NCBI RefSeq assembly: GCF_006345805.1
Contig: NC_043009.1
Span: 22,940,001 to 23,004,000 of the forward strand
Length of the DNA: 64,000 bases
Direction: 5' to 3'
Source of the DNA: Octopus sinensis
Taxonomy: Eukaryota
The notes beneath the pieces were generated by a model, which worked only from the letters and a program-made list of their open reading frames with translations, was not told the origin of the DNA and searched no databases. Positions 12,101 to 53,091 of this stretch are shown here, piece by piece. Both the position numbers and the translations under genes were made by a program. Each line of letters opens with the position of its first letter. The stretch's first letter is position 1.

Positions 12101-15100
12101 TGAGCTTGATATAAATCAACTTTCTGACTCCTTGTGTTCCAATTTTCGGTTGGAGCTAACTGCAGTCAGATCTTTCAAGAAACCCATGAATGTTACAATT
12201 CCTCGTTTGCTCCAATTTCTGCAAAAATCTGTTTTGATGTGTGTGTGTTTGTGTGAAAGAAAAGATATTTCTGTAAGAGGAAAAGAAAATTTAACATTGC
12301 AAAGTGTGTGTGTGTGTTTTGTTAATGATGTCTTTTCTGTTTCTCTGCATCATGTTATGTGGAATACTTCATTAACTCTTTGTCAATCCTGATTCTAAAG
12401 AGCCCTTTTTATTTTTATTTAATGGTTTTTGCCTGTTGCTCTTTTTTTTATTTGACTTGTAATATGCAAATACTCGTTATGACACTCTGATTTCAGTCCT
12501 TAAAAAAAAAACATGACTTTCTCTATCACACACACGTGTGAATTGATGCCTGGCCTAGAGAAGGCAACTGGAACATAATTTCATGTTCCTTTCCTTGAGA
12601 TATTATGACAGTTGTAGCAAGTTATATCCCTAAGTGAATATGCTTTTTTTTTTGTATGATAAATAAAATAAGTAAAAAATTTCTTCTCATTAACTACCGC
12701 CACAGCTACATCAGTGACATTTTCCCCACTGATCATGGATCCACTGCTGCGTCTATGACACCCATCTTTTACTGCTATCATCACCACCACTACTACTACT
12801 GTATAACTTCTATTGCCACTGCCACCACCACCACCACTATTACAACTACAAACCACCACAACTACTTCTACTAACATGTGCAAACTTTCTTATTACATAC
12901 CATGTCCGACAGCTGCTATTAGACTGGAAATGTTGCTGCTTTTGATTCGTGGCAGTGTTAATAATTGAGACGAGGCGGGGTTTCAATAATTACAAACTGA
13001 ACCCACTCCAACTTAGTGGGGCTGTTTTAGTGGGGGTTTCGGGTCGGTTTTTTTTCTTTGCTAATTCTCAACTTCCTTCCTCCCACACAAAATTTCAGAC
13101 TTCATATATATATACATTCATACACAATGGAAAACAGTCAATTTTATTACACATTGTGGCCAGAGACTATGGAATGTTCTACAACCAGATTTTGATGATT
13201 TGCCAATCACAGACCCACATACCCATTTCACTCTGTTACCTTTGGGGAAAGGCATGAACATTGCATTCATTGTAATTATTCCTGGTTTCCAAACTCCTAA
13301 AAATAAAATAAAAATCTCTCTAGTTTCATTTTCTGTCTAAAGATAAATGACAATGTTTTCCCTTTTTTTTTTCTTTTTTTTTTCTTTTGTTAAACTTCCC
13401 ACATGAAGTTAATGTTAATCAGTAAAGTGCCAAACTAGAAGATACTTAATAGTATCTAGCTTGTAGGCCTCATCTTTCTTGAGTTCAAATCTTCTCTCAG
13501 TCTGTATATGTTGAGCATGGAGGCAGGTGTAAGAATCGCTAAAATAAATACTGTTGATAAAATGGAATCGATTCATTTGACTATATTCCTCCAGACCCTA
13601 CCCTCACCCTTTCTCTTGTTTGAACTTGGGGCCCTTTTCCAAAAAAAAAATAGAGGCCGTATGGTATTTTATCTCTATATATATATTGAAATAGTGAATA
13701 TCGAAGACAGAACTTCTTGCAGTTCAAAAAGTGAAAATCAAATAATCATTATAGGTGTAGCTGTATGGTTAAGAAGCTTGCATCCCAACCATGTAGTCCT
13801 GGGTTCAGTCTCACTGTATAGCACCTTTGAAAGTTACTTCTACTATAACCCTAAGCTAATCAAAGCTTTGTGAGTTGAGGTAGTAGATGAAAATTGAAAG
13901 ATGCTTTTTATATGTAGGCGTGGCTGTGTGTTCAGAAGCTTGCTTCCCAATCACATGGTTCCAAGTTCAGTCCCACTGCATGGCACCTGGGCAAGTGTCT
14001 TCTACTATAGCCTTGTGAGTGGATTTGATAGATGCTCATCACACACACACACACACACACATATTTATTCGTGTTTGTCATGCCCGCCATCACTTGACAA
14101 ATGATGCTGGTGTGTTTATGTTCCTGTAACTTAGCAGTTGAGCAAAAGAGACCAATAGAATAAGTACTAGGCTTACAGGGATTGAATTTTTTTTTTACTA
14201 AAATCCTTTAAGGCAGTGCTCCAGCATGGTTACAGTCATATGACTGAAACAAGTAAAGAATATCTGTGTCTTTGTGTTGCATTTGTCCCCCACCACTGAT
14301 TCACAACTGGTGTTGGTGTATTTACATCCCTGTAGCTTAGCAGTTCAGCAAAAGACGCTAATAGAATAAGTACCAGATTTAAAAAAAAAAAATCCTGAGG
14401 TCGTTTTTGCTTAGCTAGACCCTTCAAAGTGGTGCCTCAGCATGGCTGCAGTCTAATGACTGATACAGGAAAAAAATTAAAGATATTTCAGGTTCAAAGA
14501 CCCCATTATCAGAATTGAACAGAGTAAAGAAATGTTAAAAGTTTATGTAGATCTGGCCAATAAGACGTGAAAGTTATAAAACTCCCTCTACCACTTGAAT
14601 TGGTAAAAAAATTCGATTAGGAAAGGGGAATAGTCATGCATGACTGCATCTGCATAAACTTCATTCACTTCTGTTGATTGGCTTTTGTGCTTGAAATGTA
14701 TAAAAGCTACTTTACTTACCTGTTTTGCATTGTAATAATATAAGGTCTCCCATCTTTGTTCTTTATTGTTTCACTTTTGTATCTCAATGCTTTGAGTTAA
14801 ACTACAATGCTCCTTTTTGTACAATATTTCCCCTGCAAACCTCAAGTTTTAACTTCACTGGAAGTGGGGTGCGGGTCGGTCTTATCACTATGAAATTTTG
14901 AATAATCCCCTTCTGTCTGTAACAGAGAGAGTGACCCCCTTTGGTCATGAATGACCATGAGATTGGTCCTTGAAAGTTACCCTTCGAAGTACAAGTCTGG
15001 GCGAGGTTGTTTAAGGAAGACCAGCAGTCACCCATGCATACCAGCGTCCCCTCTCCACACCACCGATGTTATCCAAGGGAAAGGCGAAACACAATACAGC

Positions 15101-15292
15101 TTGGCACCAGCGACTCGTTTCTACAGCTGAGTGAACTGGTGTCACATGAAATAAAGTGTCTTGCTCAAGAACACAACGCACAGCCTGGTCCAGGAATCAA
15201 ACTCACTACCTCGTGATTGTGAGCCCGACGCTTGAACCACTGAGCCTTCAGTCTGTAACAACATACCAAGAAAATAGAGGTGTTGTTATGGG

Positions 15293-16174
15293 AAAGAATT
15301 ATTATTATTAGGTCGTAGGCTGGCAGAATTGTTAACATGCTAGGCGAAATGCTTAGTGGCATTTTGTCTGTCTTTACATTCTGAGTTCAAACTCTGCCAC
15401 GGGCAAATTTGTCTTTCATCCTTTGGGGGGTCAATAAATTAAGTACCAGTTGCATATTGGGGTCAATCTAATCGACTGGTACCTTTTTCCCCCCCAAAAT
15501 TTCAGGCCTTGTGCCTATAGTAGAAAGGATTATTATTAAAGCAGCGAGCTGGCAGAATCGCTAGCATGCTGGGTGAAATGCTTAGCAATATTTTGTGTGC
15601 TGCTATGTTCTGAGTTCAAATTCCGCCGTAGTTAACTTTGCTTTCATCCTTTCAGGGTCAATAAAGTACCAGTGAAACACTGGGTTTTGGGTGAAATGCT
15701 TAGAAATATTTTGTGTGCCGCTATGTTCTGAGTTCAAATTCCACCATAGTCAACTTTGCTTTCATCCTTTCGGGGTCAATAAATTAAATACCAGTGAAAC
15801 ACTGGGTTCGATGTAATTGACTAGTTCCCTCCCACCAAATTTCAGGCCTTGTGTCTTTAGTAGAAAGGATTTTTACAGAAAAGGACAGTGAACTGGCAGA
15901 ATCATTTGACATGCCAAACAAAATGCTTTGCAGCATTTATTCCAGCTTTTTAAGTTCTGGGTTTAAATTCTGCTGTAATCAACCTTGCCTTTCATCTTTT
16001 TGGACTCTATAAAATAGGTACCAGTCATGTATTGGAGATCGAGGTCAGTGTAATTGAGTACCCCCCTCCCCATAACATTTCCAGCCTTGTGACTATAATA
16101 GAATAATTATTATTTGTAAGGGTGGTAAGGCAGCAAAGCTGGTAGATTTGTTAACGTGCTAGGCAATATGCTTA
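15293..16174. repeat. ~880-bp direct duplication, copy A
   Basis: Matches 16790-17671 at offset 1497; only about 2 substitutions seen. Confidence 0.9.
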
Positions 16175-16789
16175 TCATGAGAATCTTGAGGATTTTTTTT
16201 TCTTAAGAGCAAAACTAAGCTGATGATGTCAATTGCAGTCCGAACAATTTTCATAAGTTTCTGTGATTATTATTTTTTTTTTTACATTTTCAAAATTTTT
16301 TTTAAAATTCTAACTTTGCTCTTTTGCATATCATCTCTGTAATCAATCTCCTGTAAAATAATGAGACATGGATCTGGAAGTAAACCTCGTTAAAAGGTTG
16401 TTGATGTATTTAATTAAACCACTTAAGCCGATGACCCAAAATGCAGTTTCAAAAGGATTTTTTTTTTCACCCTTGCTTCAATTTGTTTTTCTTTTTCTTT
16501 TTTTTTTTTCTAATTAAATAATTTCTCCTGATGAAATATTCTGGTTTTAACGAGTGAGTAAGTAAACCATTTGTGTTGTGGAATTTGTTGTTATTAGTGA
16601 GGTTAAGCTAGAAAAAGTGGCAGGCTGGCATAATCATTAGCAAGACTTCTTTTTTTATGTTCTCAGTTCAAATCCAACAGACAGCTTTGCCTGTTATCCT
16701 TTCAGGGTCAATAGAATAAGTAGCAATTGAGCAGTGGGGTCAATGTAATATACTAACCCCCAAAATTTCATGCCTAGTGCCCATAGTGG

Positions 16790-17671
16790 AAAGAATTATT
16801 ATTATTAGGTCGTAGGCTGGCAGAATTGTTAACATGCTAGGCGAAATGCTCAGTGGCATTTTGTCTGTCTTTACATTCTGAGTTCAAACTCTGCCACGGG
16901 CAAATTTGTCTTTCATCCTTTGGGGGGTCAATAAATTAAGTACCAGTTGCATATTGGGGTCAATCTAATCGACTGGTACCTTTTTCCCCCCAAAATTTCA
17001 GGCCTTGTGCCTATAGTAGAAAGGATTATTATTAAAGCAGCGAGCTGGCAGAATCGCTAGCATGCTGGGTGAAATGCTTAGCAATATTTTGTGTGCTGCT
17101 ATGTTCTGAGTTCAAATTCCGCCGTAGTTAACTTTGCTTTCATCCTTTCAGGGTCAATAAAGTACCAGTGAAACACTGGGTTTTGGGTGAAATGCTTAGA
17201 AATATTTTGTGTGCCGCTATGTTCTGAGTTCAAATTCCACCATAGTCAACTTTGCTTTCATCCTTTCGGGGTCAATAAATTAAGTACCAGTGAAACACTG
17301 GGTTCGATGTAATTGACTAGTTCCCTCCCACCAAATTTCAGGCCTTGTGTCTTTAGTAGAAAGGATTTTTACAGAAAAGGACAGTGAACTGGCAGAATCA
17401 TTTGACATGCCAAACAAAATGCTTTGCAGCATTTATTCCAGCTTTTTAAGTTCTGGGTTTAAATTCTGCTGTAATCAACCTTGCCTTTCATCTTTTTGGA
17501 CTCTATAAAATAGGTACCAGTCATGTATTGGAGATCGAGGTCAGTGTAATTGAGTACCCCCCCTCCCCATAACATTTCCAGCCTTGTGACTATAATAGAA
17601 TAATTATTATTTGTAAGGGTGGTAAGGCAGCAAAGCTGGTAGATTTGTTAACGTGCTAGGCAATATGCTTA
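16790..17671. repeat. ~880-bp direct duplication, copy B
   Basis: Partner of 15293-16174. Confidence 0.9.
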
Positions 17672-18302
17672 GCAGCAATATTTAGTCCGTCTTTACATTC
17701 AAAGCTCAAATTCCTCCAAGGTTGACTTTGCCCTTCATTCTTTCAGGGGTGGGGGTCAATAAAATAAGTACCAGTTGAGCACTGGAGTCAATGTAATCAA
17801 CTTAACTCCGTCCCCGAAATTGCTGGCCTTGTGCCAAAATTTGAAACCATTTTTTTTTATTGCCCACAGGGAGCTAAACATAGAGGGGACAAACAAAGAC
17901 AAGGGGATTAAGTCAATTACATCGACCCGAGTGTGTAACTGGTACTTATTTAATCAATCCCCCCAAAAAGATAAGTCGACCTCAGAGGAATTTGAACTCA
18001 GCTTGATATACTGGCAGACAAAATACTGCTAAGCATTTTGCCTGGTATGCTAGCTCGCTGCCCTATATTTTGAAACCATTATTATTTGTAAGGTTGGTGG
18101 ATGAGTAGAATTGCTAGAGCATCAGACAAAATACTTTTGCAGTAATAAATTACAGATCTTTATATTCTGGGTTCAGATTTTGTTGAGATCACCTTCATCC
18201 TTCCAAGGTTGACAAAATAAACTACCAGTCAAATCTACTAAACATGCTCTGGTACCAAAGTTACTGGCCTTGTATCTAAATTAGAAACAATATTATTATT
18301 GG

Positions 18303-18600
18303 TAGTGGAGGTGCAATGGCCCACAGGTTAGGGCAGCGGACTTGCGGTCAGAGGATCGTAGTTTTGATTCCCAGACCGGGCGTTGTGTGTGTTTATTTAG
18401 CGAAAACACCTAAAAGCTCCACGAGGCTGTTGTACTCTTTCGCCCCAACTTTCTCACTCTTTCTTCCTGTTTCTTGAGTAACGCTGCGATGGATTGGCGT
18501 CCCATCCAGCTGGGGGGAACACATACGCCACAGAAACCGGGAAACCAGGCCCATGAACCTGGCTAGTCTTGAAAAAGGCGCATGAAAATAAAAAAAATTA
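18303..18600 (+). mobile_element. tRNA-derived SINE with a V-domain-like central block
   Basis: Same head as 1930-2016, but the body carries GCTGCGATGGATTGGCGTCCCATCCAG, which resembles the V-SINE conserved block (recalled, not aligned). Confidence 0.6.
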
Positions 18601-21209
18601 TTATTGGTAAGGTAGTGAACTGGCAGAGTCATTAGCGTATCAGACAAAATGCTTAGTGGCATTTTCCCTATCTCTTTACATCCTGAGCTGAAAGTCTGCT
18701 GAAGTCAACTTTGCTGTTCATCCTTTTTGGAGTTGATGTAATTGACTTACCCTTTAAAATTGTTGTTCTTGTGCCTGTAGTAAAAAAGAATGATTGTTAT
18801 GAGTTTTCAATTGATAAAAAGATGCCATTTTGCTCTTAAAAAAATTGTTCCTCTGTGGATTTGGAAAATACACTTTTCAGCTTGATTTTTTAATGATTGT
18901 TAATTAACTGGGTAAAAGACAGAATTAACAAACTAATAATTTTTGTTAGTAGGAGGAAACATTTAATATAACTTAGAAAATTGACATGTCTTGTATATTC
19001 TTTTCTACTCCTAGGCATGAGGCCTGAAATTTTTGAGGAGGGGCCCAGTTGATTAGATCGACCCCCAGTAAGCAACTGGTACTTAATTTATCAACCCTGA
19101 AAAGATAAAAAGCAAAGTTGAACTCAGTACGTAACAACAGATGAAATGCCACTAAGCATTTCGCCTGGTGTGCTAACGTTTCTTATTTGTTTATTGCCCA
19201 CAAGGGGCTAAACAAGAACAAAGGTATTAAGTCAATTACATCGACCCTAGTGGTATTTAGTTTATTGACCCTGAAAGGATGAAAGGCAAAGTCAACCTCG
19301 ACGGAATTTGAACTCAGAACGTAACGGCAGACGAAATACCTATTTCTTTACTACCCACAAGGGGCTAAACAAGGACAGGCATAGGTATTAAGTCGATTAC
19401 ATCGACCCCAGTGCGTAACTAGTACTTAATTTATCGACCCCGAAAGGATGAAAGGCAAAGTTGACCTCGGCGGAATTTGAACTCAGAACGTAATGGCAGA
19501 TGAAATACCGCTAAGCATTTCACCAGGTGTGCTAACGTTTCTGCCAGCTCACCACCTTGTATATTCTTGTATATTCTCTAAGGAAAAAAACTATTTTAAA
19601 TTAAAAAAAAATTCATATTTATATTTAAAAACAAAGTTTATGCTACTCACATGCATATGTGATGGGATGGTTGTCAACAAAAATAGTGGTGGTGGGAGTA
19701 GTAGTAGTTGTAGTAAAGTCGAGAGGTAACAAAACTTAAGGTTGGAAGTGAAAAGTATTCATAGAGCCTCAAAAGTGAGTGTGGTACCTATTGTGATTGG
19801 TACACTTGGAAGCACCTCAAAGAGAGCAATATTCTGGCATTGAAAGCTGAAGATACCAAACTTTACAGGAAGTATTCAGCAGTAATGCTTGGAACAGCTC
19901 ATGTGTTTAGATAGATGCTGTCTCAAACTGCAGGATGGAACAGAGACATGACATAGATAAATCAAAAGTTAAATGAAAATAATAATATATTTATAATAAT
20001 CCTTTCTAATGTATGCACAAGGCCTGAAATTTTGAGGGAAGGGGTAAGTCGATTACATTGACCCCCAGTATACAACTGGTTCTTATTTTGTTAACGATGA
20101 AAGGCAAAGTTGACCGTAGCAGAATTTGAACACAGAATGTAAAAATGGGTGAAATACTGCTAAGCATTTTGCCCGGCGAGCTAACAATTCTGCCTGCTCA
20201 CCACCTTGATAATAATTATAATCTTTTCTACTATAGACACAAGGCCTGAAATTTGGGGTGAGGGGTTAAGTTGATTACATTGACCCCAGTGCATAACCAG
20301 TACTTTATTTAGTCAACCCCAAAAGGATGAAAGGCAAAGTTGACCTTAGCGGAATTTGAACAGATAAAATGCCACTAAGCATTTTACCCAGTATGCTAAC
20401 GATTCTGCCAGCTCAACAACAGCAACAATAATAATAATTTTTGTGAAAATTGAAATAGGCGTAGGAGTGGCTATGTGGTAAGTAGCTTGCTTACCAACCA
20501 CATGGTTCAGGGTTCAAGTCCCCCTGTGTGGCACCTTGGGCAAGTGTCTTGTGAGTGGATTTGGTAGATGGAAACTGAAAGAAGCCTGTCATATATGTGT
20601 GTGTGTGTGTGTATATGTTTGTGTCTGTCACCCCAACATCGCTTGACCGATGCTGTTGTGTTTACATCCCTGTAACTTAGTGGTTCGGCAAAAGAGACCG
20701 ATAGAATAAGTACTAGTTGATTTGCTCGACTAAAGGTAGTACTCCAGCATGGCCACAGTCAAATGACTGAAACAAGTAAAAGAGTACTTTTAAGAGTTGG
20801 CAGCATAGTTTGGCTGCCTGTACAGTGATTTTTACATATTTTCTTCTGAAGCAGTTTATCCAGTGGACCCTGATGATGGCATGGTTAATCTGGCTGTTTT
20901 GCACCCTCATTTTTAATGACTAAGCTGTTGCAAAACCACAACTTAATCATGTCTGTAAAATTTTAAAAAATGGACAACTGGACTAGTAACAACAACTGAG
21001 TGTTTCTCATTACTTTAAATAAAATAAAAATTGGCTTTTGCTTCTTTTTTTTTTCCTTTTTAAATACCTTGTTTTCATTTCTATGTAAGGTACATCATCA
21101 TCATTTAACGTCCGTTTTCCATCCTGGCATGGGTTGGACAGTTTGACTGAGGTCTGGAGAGCCAGCAGTTGCACTAGGCTCCAGACTGATCTGGCAATAT
21201 TTCTACTAA

Positions 21210-22820
21210 TGCCAACCACTCCAAGAATGTAGTGGGTGCATTTTACATAGCACTGGCATCGGCCATGTTTGGATGGTGCTTTTTACATGTCACCAGTACG
21301 GGAGCCAGCCAGGGGGTACTGGCATTGGCTACATTTGGATTGTGCTTTTTATGTGCCACTGGCATGAGAGGTAGTCAGGTGGACCCTGGCATCGACCACG
21401 TTCAGATGGTGCTTTTTATGTACCACCAGCACGGGGCACTGGCCACAGCTACGATTTTGGTTTTGACTTAACAGGTCTTCTCAAGCATATCATATTGACT
21501 GATGCATCAGGTGTACTCTTAACTGGGCTGGACATGCAATGCTGGCATTGGCTGCGATTTCACTTTAGTTGCTGGTTTTCTCAATCACAGCATATCTCCA
21601 AAGGCCTCGGTCTCCTGTCACTGCCTCTGTGAGGCCTAATTTTTGATGGTCATGCTTCACCACTTCATCCCATGTCTTCCTGGGTCTACCTCTTCCACAG
21701 TTAGTGAGTGACACCTTCTCACACAGCTGTCCTCATCCATACGTAACATATGGCCATACCAGCACTGTCGTCGCTGTCTTGCACACCACATTTGATGCTT
21801 CTTATGCTCAACTATTCTCCCAGGACGCTTATACTCTGTCGTGTATGCACACTGACATTACACATCCAGCGGATCATACCAGCTTCATTTCTTTCAAGCC
21901 CACGCATGTTCTCAGCAGTCTGGCCGTGTAGCATGGCAGTATCTGTGTGTGTGTGTGTGTGTTACTGTCTCCTTGCCTTGACATCACATAAGTTACAAAC
22001 AAGTGTCACTGTCATGAGGGAAATATTACCTTACTTGGAAACAGGTGAGAGTTGGCAACAAGAAGTGTACCCTGCCTTCAACAAATTGTCTGACCCCATG
22101 CAAGTATGGAAAAGTGGACATTAAAAAATGATGAAGAGTAACATATATATACAAAAATACACACAAAGAATTATAAAAACAAGAGAAACTATATTTTAAT
22201 TTCCAATATTTTTATTGTTATTATTATTATTATTATTATTCCTATATATATGTATTATATATAGAAACCAAGATAAAAATAAAAAAAAATAAGGCATTTC
22301 TCTGTTATTGTCTGATGTCTCTCTATCAAGCTTCCTGCTTGGCAAACATGGAATGCCGCTGACCAAAGACAAATAGAAAACATTAAACTCTACTGGACTC
22401 TTTCAGACTTGACAACAACAGATCATTGCAGACAACACATAAATGATCATGGAGCATGCATTGGTGGTGGAGGTGGTGGTAGTATTGATGGGGAATGTGA
22501 TGAGGACAACGACAATTATGATGATTTGAGTGTTGTTGGTTTGGGAATATATATCTTGCCTCAGCTCCAGTCAGCTTTACTTAAATACTAAAATAGCAAT
22601 ATGTAAGGGGAAAGAAAACAAATATTTATTGGATTTTTTTTAAAGCTTATTTAAGGGTTAGGCATGTTTTGATAAAAGAAAAAATTCTCTGACATTATGT
22701 ACATATATATAAATATATATTGTAACCATGTTGGTTTGGGTTCAGTCCCACTGTGCAGCACCTTGGGCAAGTGTCTTCTATTATAGCCCCAGGAAAACCA
22801 ATGCCTAATGAGTAAATTTG
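21210..22820. repeat. 1.6-kb near-identical direct duplication, copy B (downstream of the SMARCA5 3' end)
   Basis: Partner of 5929-7565, offset about 15,255 bp. Confidence 0.93.
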
Positions 22821-22999
22821 ATAGATGGAAACTGTGAAAACTTGTCAGGTGTGTCTGTCTGTCTGTGTCCCCATAACCCAGCAGTCTGGCAAAAGAGACT
22901 GATAAAATACCAGGTTAAATTTGTTTAACTAAATCTTTGGCACACCAGCTTGGCCACAAGCCAATGACTGAAACAAGTGAAAAAAAAAAAAGATATGAA

Positions 23000-24270
23000 T
23001 TTATTATTCAATTGGCAATAATCTGCAGCAAATACCAAATATTCTCAAGATGAACTGTGTTCATTAGCTGCAGATTAAAGAGTTTAGCCAACCCTATACA
23101 ATTCTGTGTTGAAATGGTATTGCTGGTGGTGGAATTTATTTTGAGGTTATAGATAGTAAATGGATGAACTATGTGAGCGGAGGAGGCATGAAGAAATGTA
23201 AAATGAAACCGCTGAGGAATATTGATAGTTCTAGAAGACATCATTTGCCACGACATGCTGACCACATTTTTTTTAATTAATCAGCATAAGTCATTTAATT
23301 AATACCAGAATGAACTAACAGAGAAAAGTGATGGTTTTTTTTTTTTAACGAAGCTTGTCTAAGTACAGGGACAAATATTTTTTTTTTATTAGGAAAAAGA
23401 AAAGTGATACAGGTCAATCAGATCAACCTCTAGAATACATTACTGCCATGTTCGGAGGAATGAAGACAAAAGGAAAAAACAAAACAAAAAAAAAATGACC
23501 CCGTGTATGTAACTGAACTCAGAAGCTCGATACTGAAAGAGATTTAGTCTGGTAGCATGCCACTAAAATTAATAAAACCTGACATGGTTTTTCTTTCTTA
23601 AGCATGAAAACAAATCTTGTAAACGGAAAGAGACAGGAGTCAAACGTATCAAAGCTACAAATATTTCTTATATATTGTTTCTTACACAACCATGATGTTC
23701 AAGATGTTTAGTCCCCAGGATAATCCTGATCAATCAGAGCTAAAATCAAAGGCATTCCACATGTGACCATCCCATCTTTTTTTTTTTTTGTCTTTCTAGG
23801 TACAGTACACCTAAGACCACATTATCATCTAATGTCCTTCTTTTTCTAAGACAGAGTATGATTTGAAGATAATTTGGTTGCTAATTCTAAAAGGTGGTGC
23901 AACCATATAAAAGCTTCTTTGTTGGTTCAAAACCCAATATATTTTAAGAGGTATGGAGGAGGGGGGGACAAGAATTTGGTAGTATCAGTCTTTCTCAAAA
24001 GAACTAGCTCAATTTGTCAAGAATTTTCTGTTTTACAACAGTGTGTCAATCAGATAATAATAATAATTATTATGATGATGATGATGATTTGCATTCATTA
24101 GCCACAAGACCAGTTATGTGGTGGTGGCCACATACAGTCATTTTAACACTAACATCTAACTGATACTTAATTTCTTGCAAAGCCTGAAGATGAAAGGTGA
24201 AGTCAATCGTAATATACTAATTAAAACATAAATAAATTTTAAAAAAATTATATATAATTAGACATTTATT
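23000..24270 (-). terminator. Candidate SMARCA5 polyadenylation signals
   Basis: AATAAA on the minus strand at 24265-24270, 23385-23390 and 23000-23005; which is used cannot be told from DNA alone. Confidence 0.35.
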
Positions 24271-24388
24271 AATGATAGAACTAAAGTGTAGATGTGAGTT
24301 AACTGGGTAGAAGAAAAAAAAGAAAAAAATTATAAAATGACAACGCAAACAATGATAGACAAAAGGATGTTTTACATTTAAAAAAAAA

Positions 24389-24640
24389 AGTTTAATTCTC
24401 TATAAAACAGCAAGCATCACATCACATCACATTTTCTGCCACTCATGGAGAAGGAAAATTACGAGGGAATACCTGTCCCCTTTCCTTTAATATGCATCCC
24501 AGCTTTCTTAATAATGCATTATGGTTTGGGTGCAAAATGAACAAAAAAAAATAACAGAAGAGTCAAGGGTTTACTATTTAAGTTGCTTTTTCAATAGGTA
24601 AACCTCAATGATTCAGTTTTAAATATGAACACAAGCACAC
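24389..24640. repeat. SMARCA5 3'UTR segment duplicated in the last intron (25967-26186)
   Basis: agtttaattctctataaaacagcaag...ggaaaattacgagggaa...aatgcattatggtttgggtgcaa...caataggtaaacctcaatgattcagttttaaatatgaacacaagc occurs twice in the same orientation. Confidence 0.88.
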
Positions 24641-24982
24641 ACGCTTACATACACACAGGCGTACTGTCAGACGTGCACAAAACATAAAAAAAAAAAAAAA
24701 AAAGAAACGTAAATCCTGAAGCTTTTTTTTGTTTTTCTTTTTTCTTTCTTTTTTGTTGTTGGCTACTCAGTCTATTGAAGTGAAAATGAAGAGATGGGAA
24801 GAAAAAACAGAAGGTAAATAATGGCTGGAAGCAGAGACGAATTTAACAGGAGATGGCACCAGAGGAATGGAGTAGATGTATATTCTTCAGTTAAATGCAA
24901 CTGAAATGCCAGGAGTTGACGAATCCAAAAAGTTCATGTTTATCACCAACGAAAAAGAAACTGTTCTATTATTTTTTTCCCT

Positions 24983-53091
<28,109 letters not shown>

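Larger units (their letters stand above)
15300..20440. mobile_element. Dense cluster of about 18 copies of a ~200-bp (ATT)n-tailed tRNA-like SINE, largely head-to-tail
   Basis: Recurrent unit ctggcagaat...gaaatgcttag...ctgagttcaaattc...ctttcatcctttcggggtcaataaattaagtaccag...aaatttcaggccttgtgcc...aaaggattattatt. Mostly + from 15311 to 18790 and - from 19015 to 20420. Confidence 0.85.

Noticed and set aside
15300-20440. Regularly recurring conserved motifs that look superficially like a CRISPR array
   Set aside because: Units are ~200-bp SINEs with Pol III boxes and tails in a eukaryotic genome; there is no repeat-spacer structure and no cas genes.
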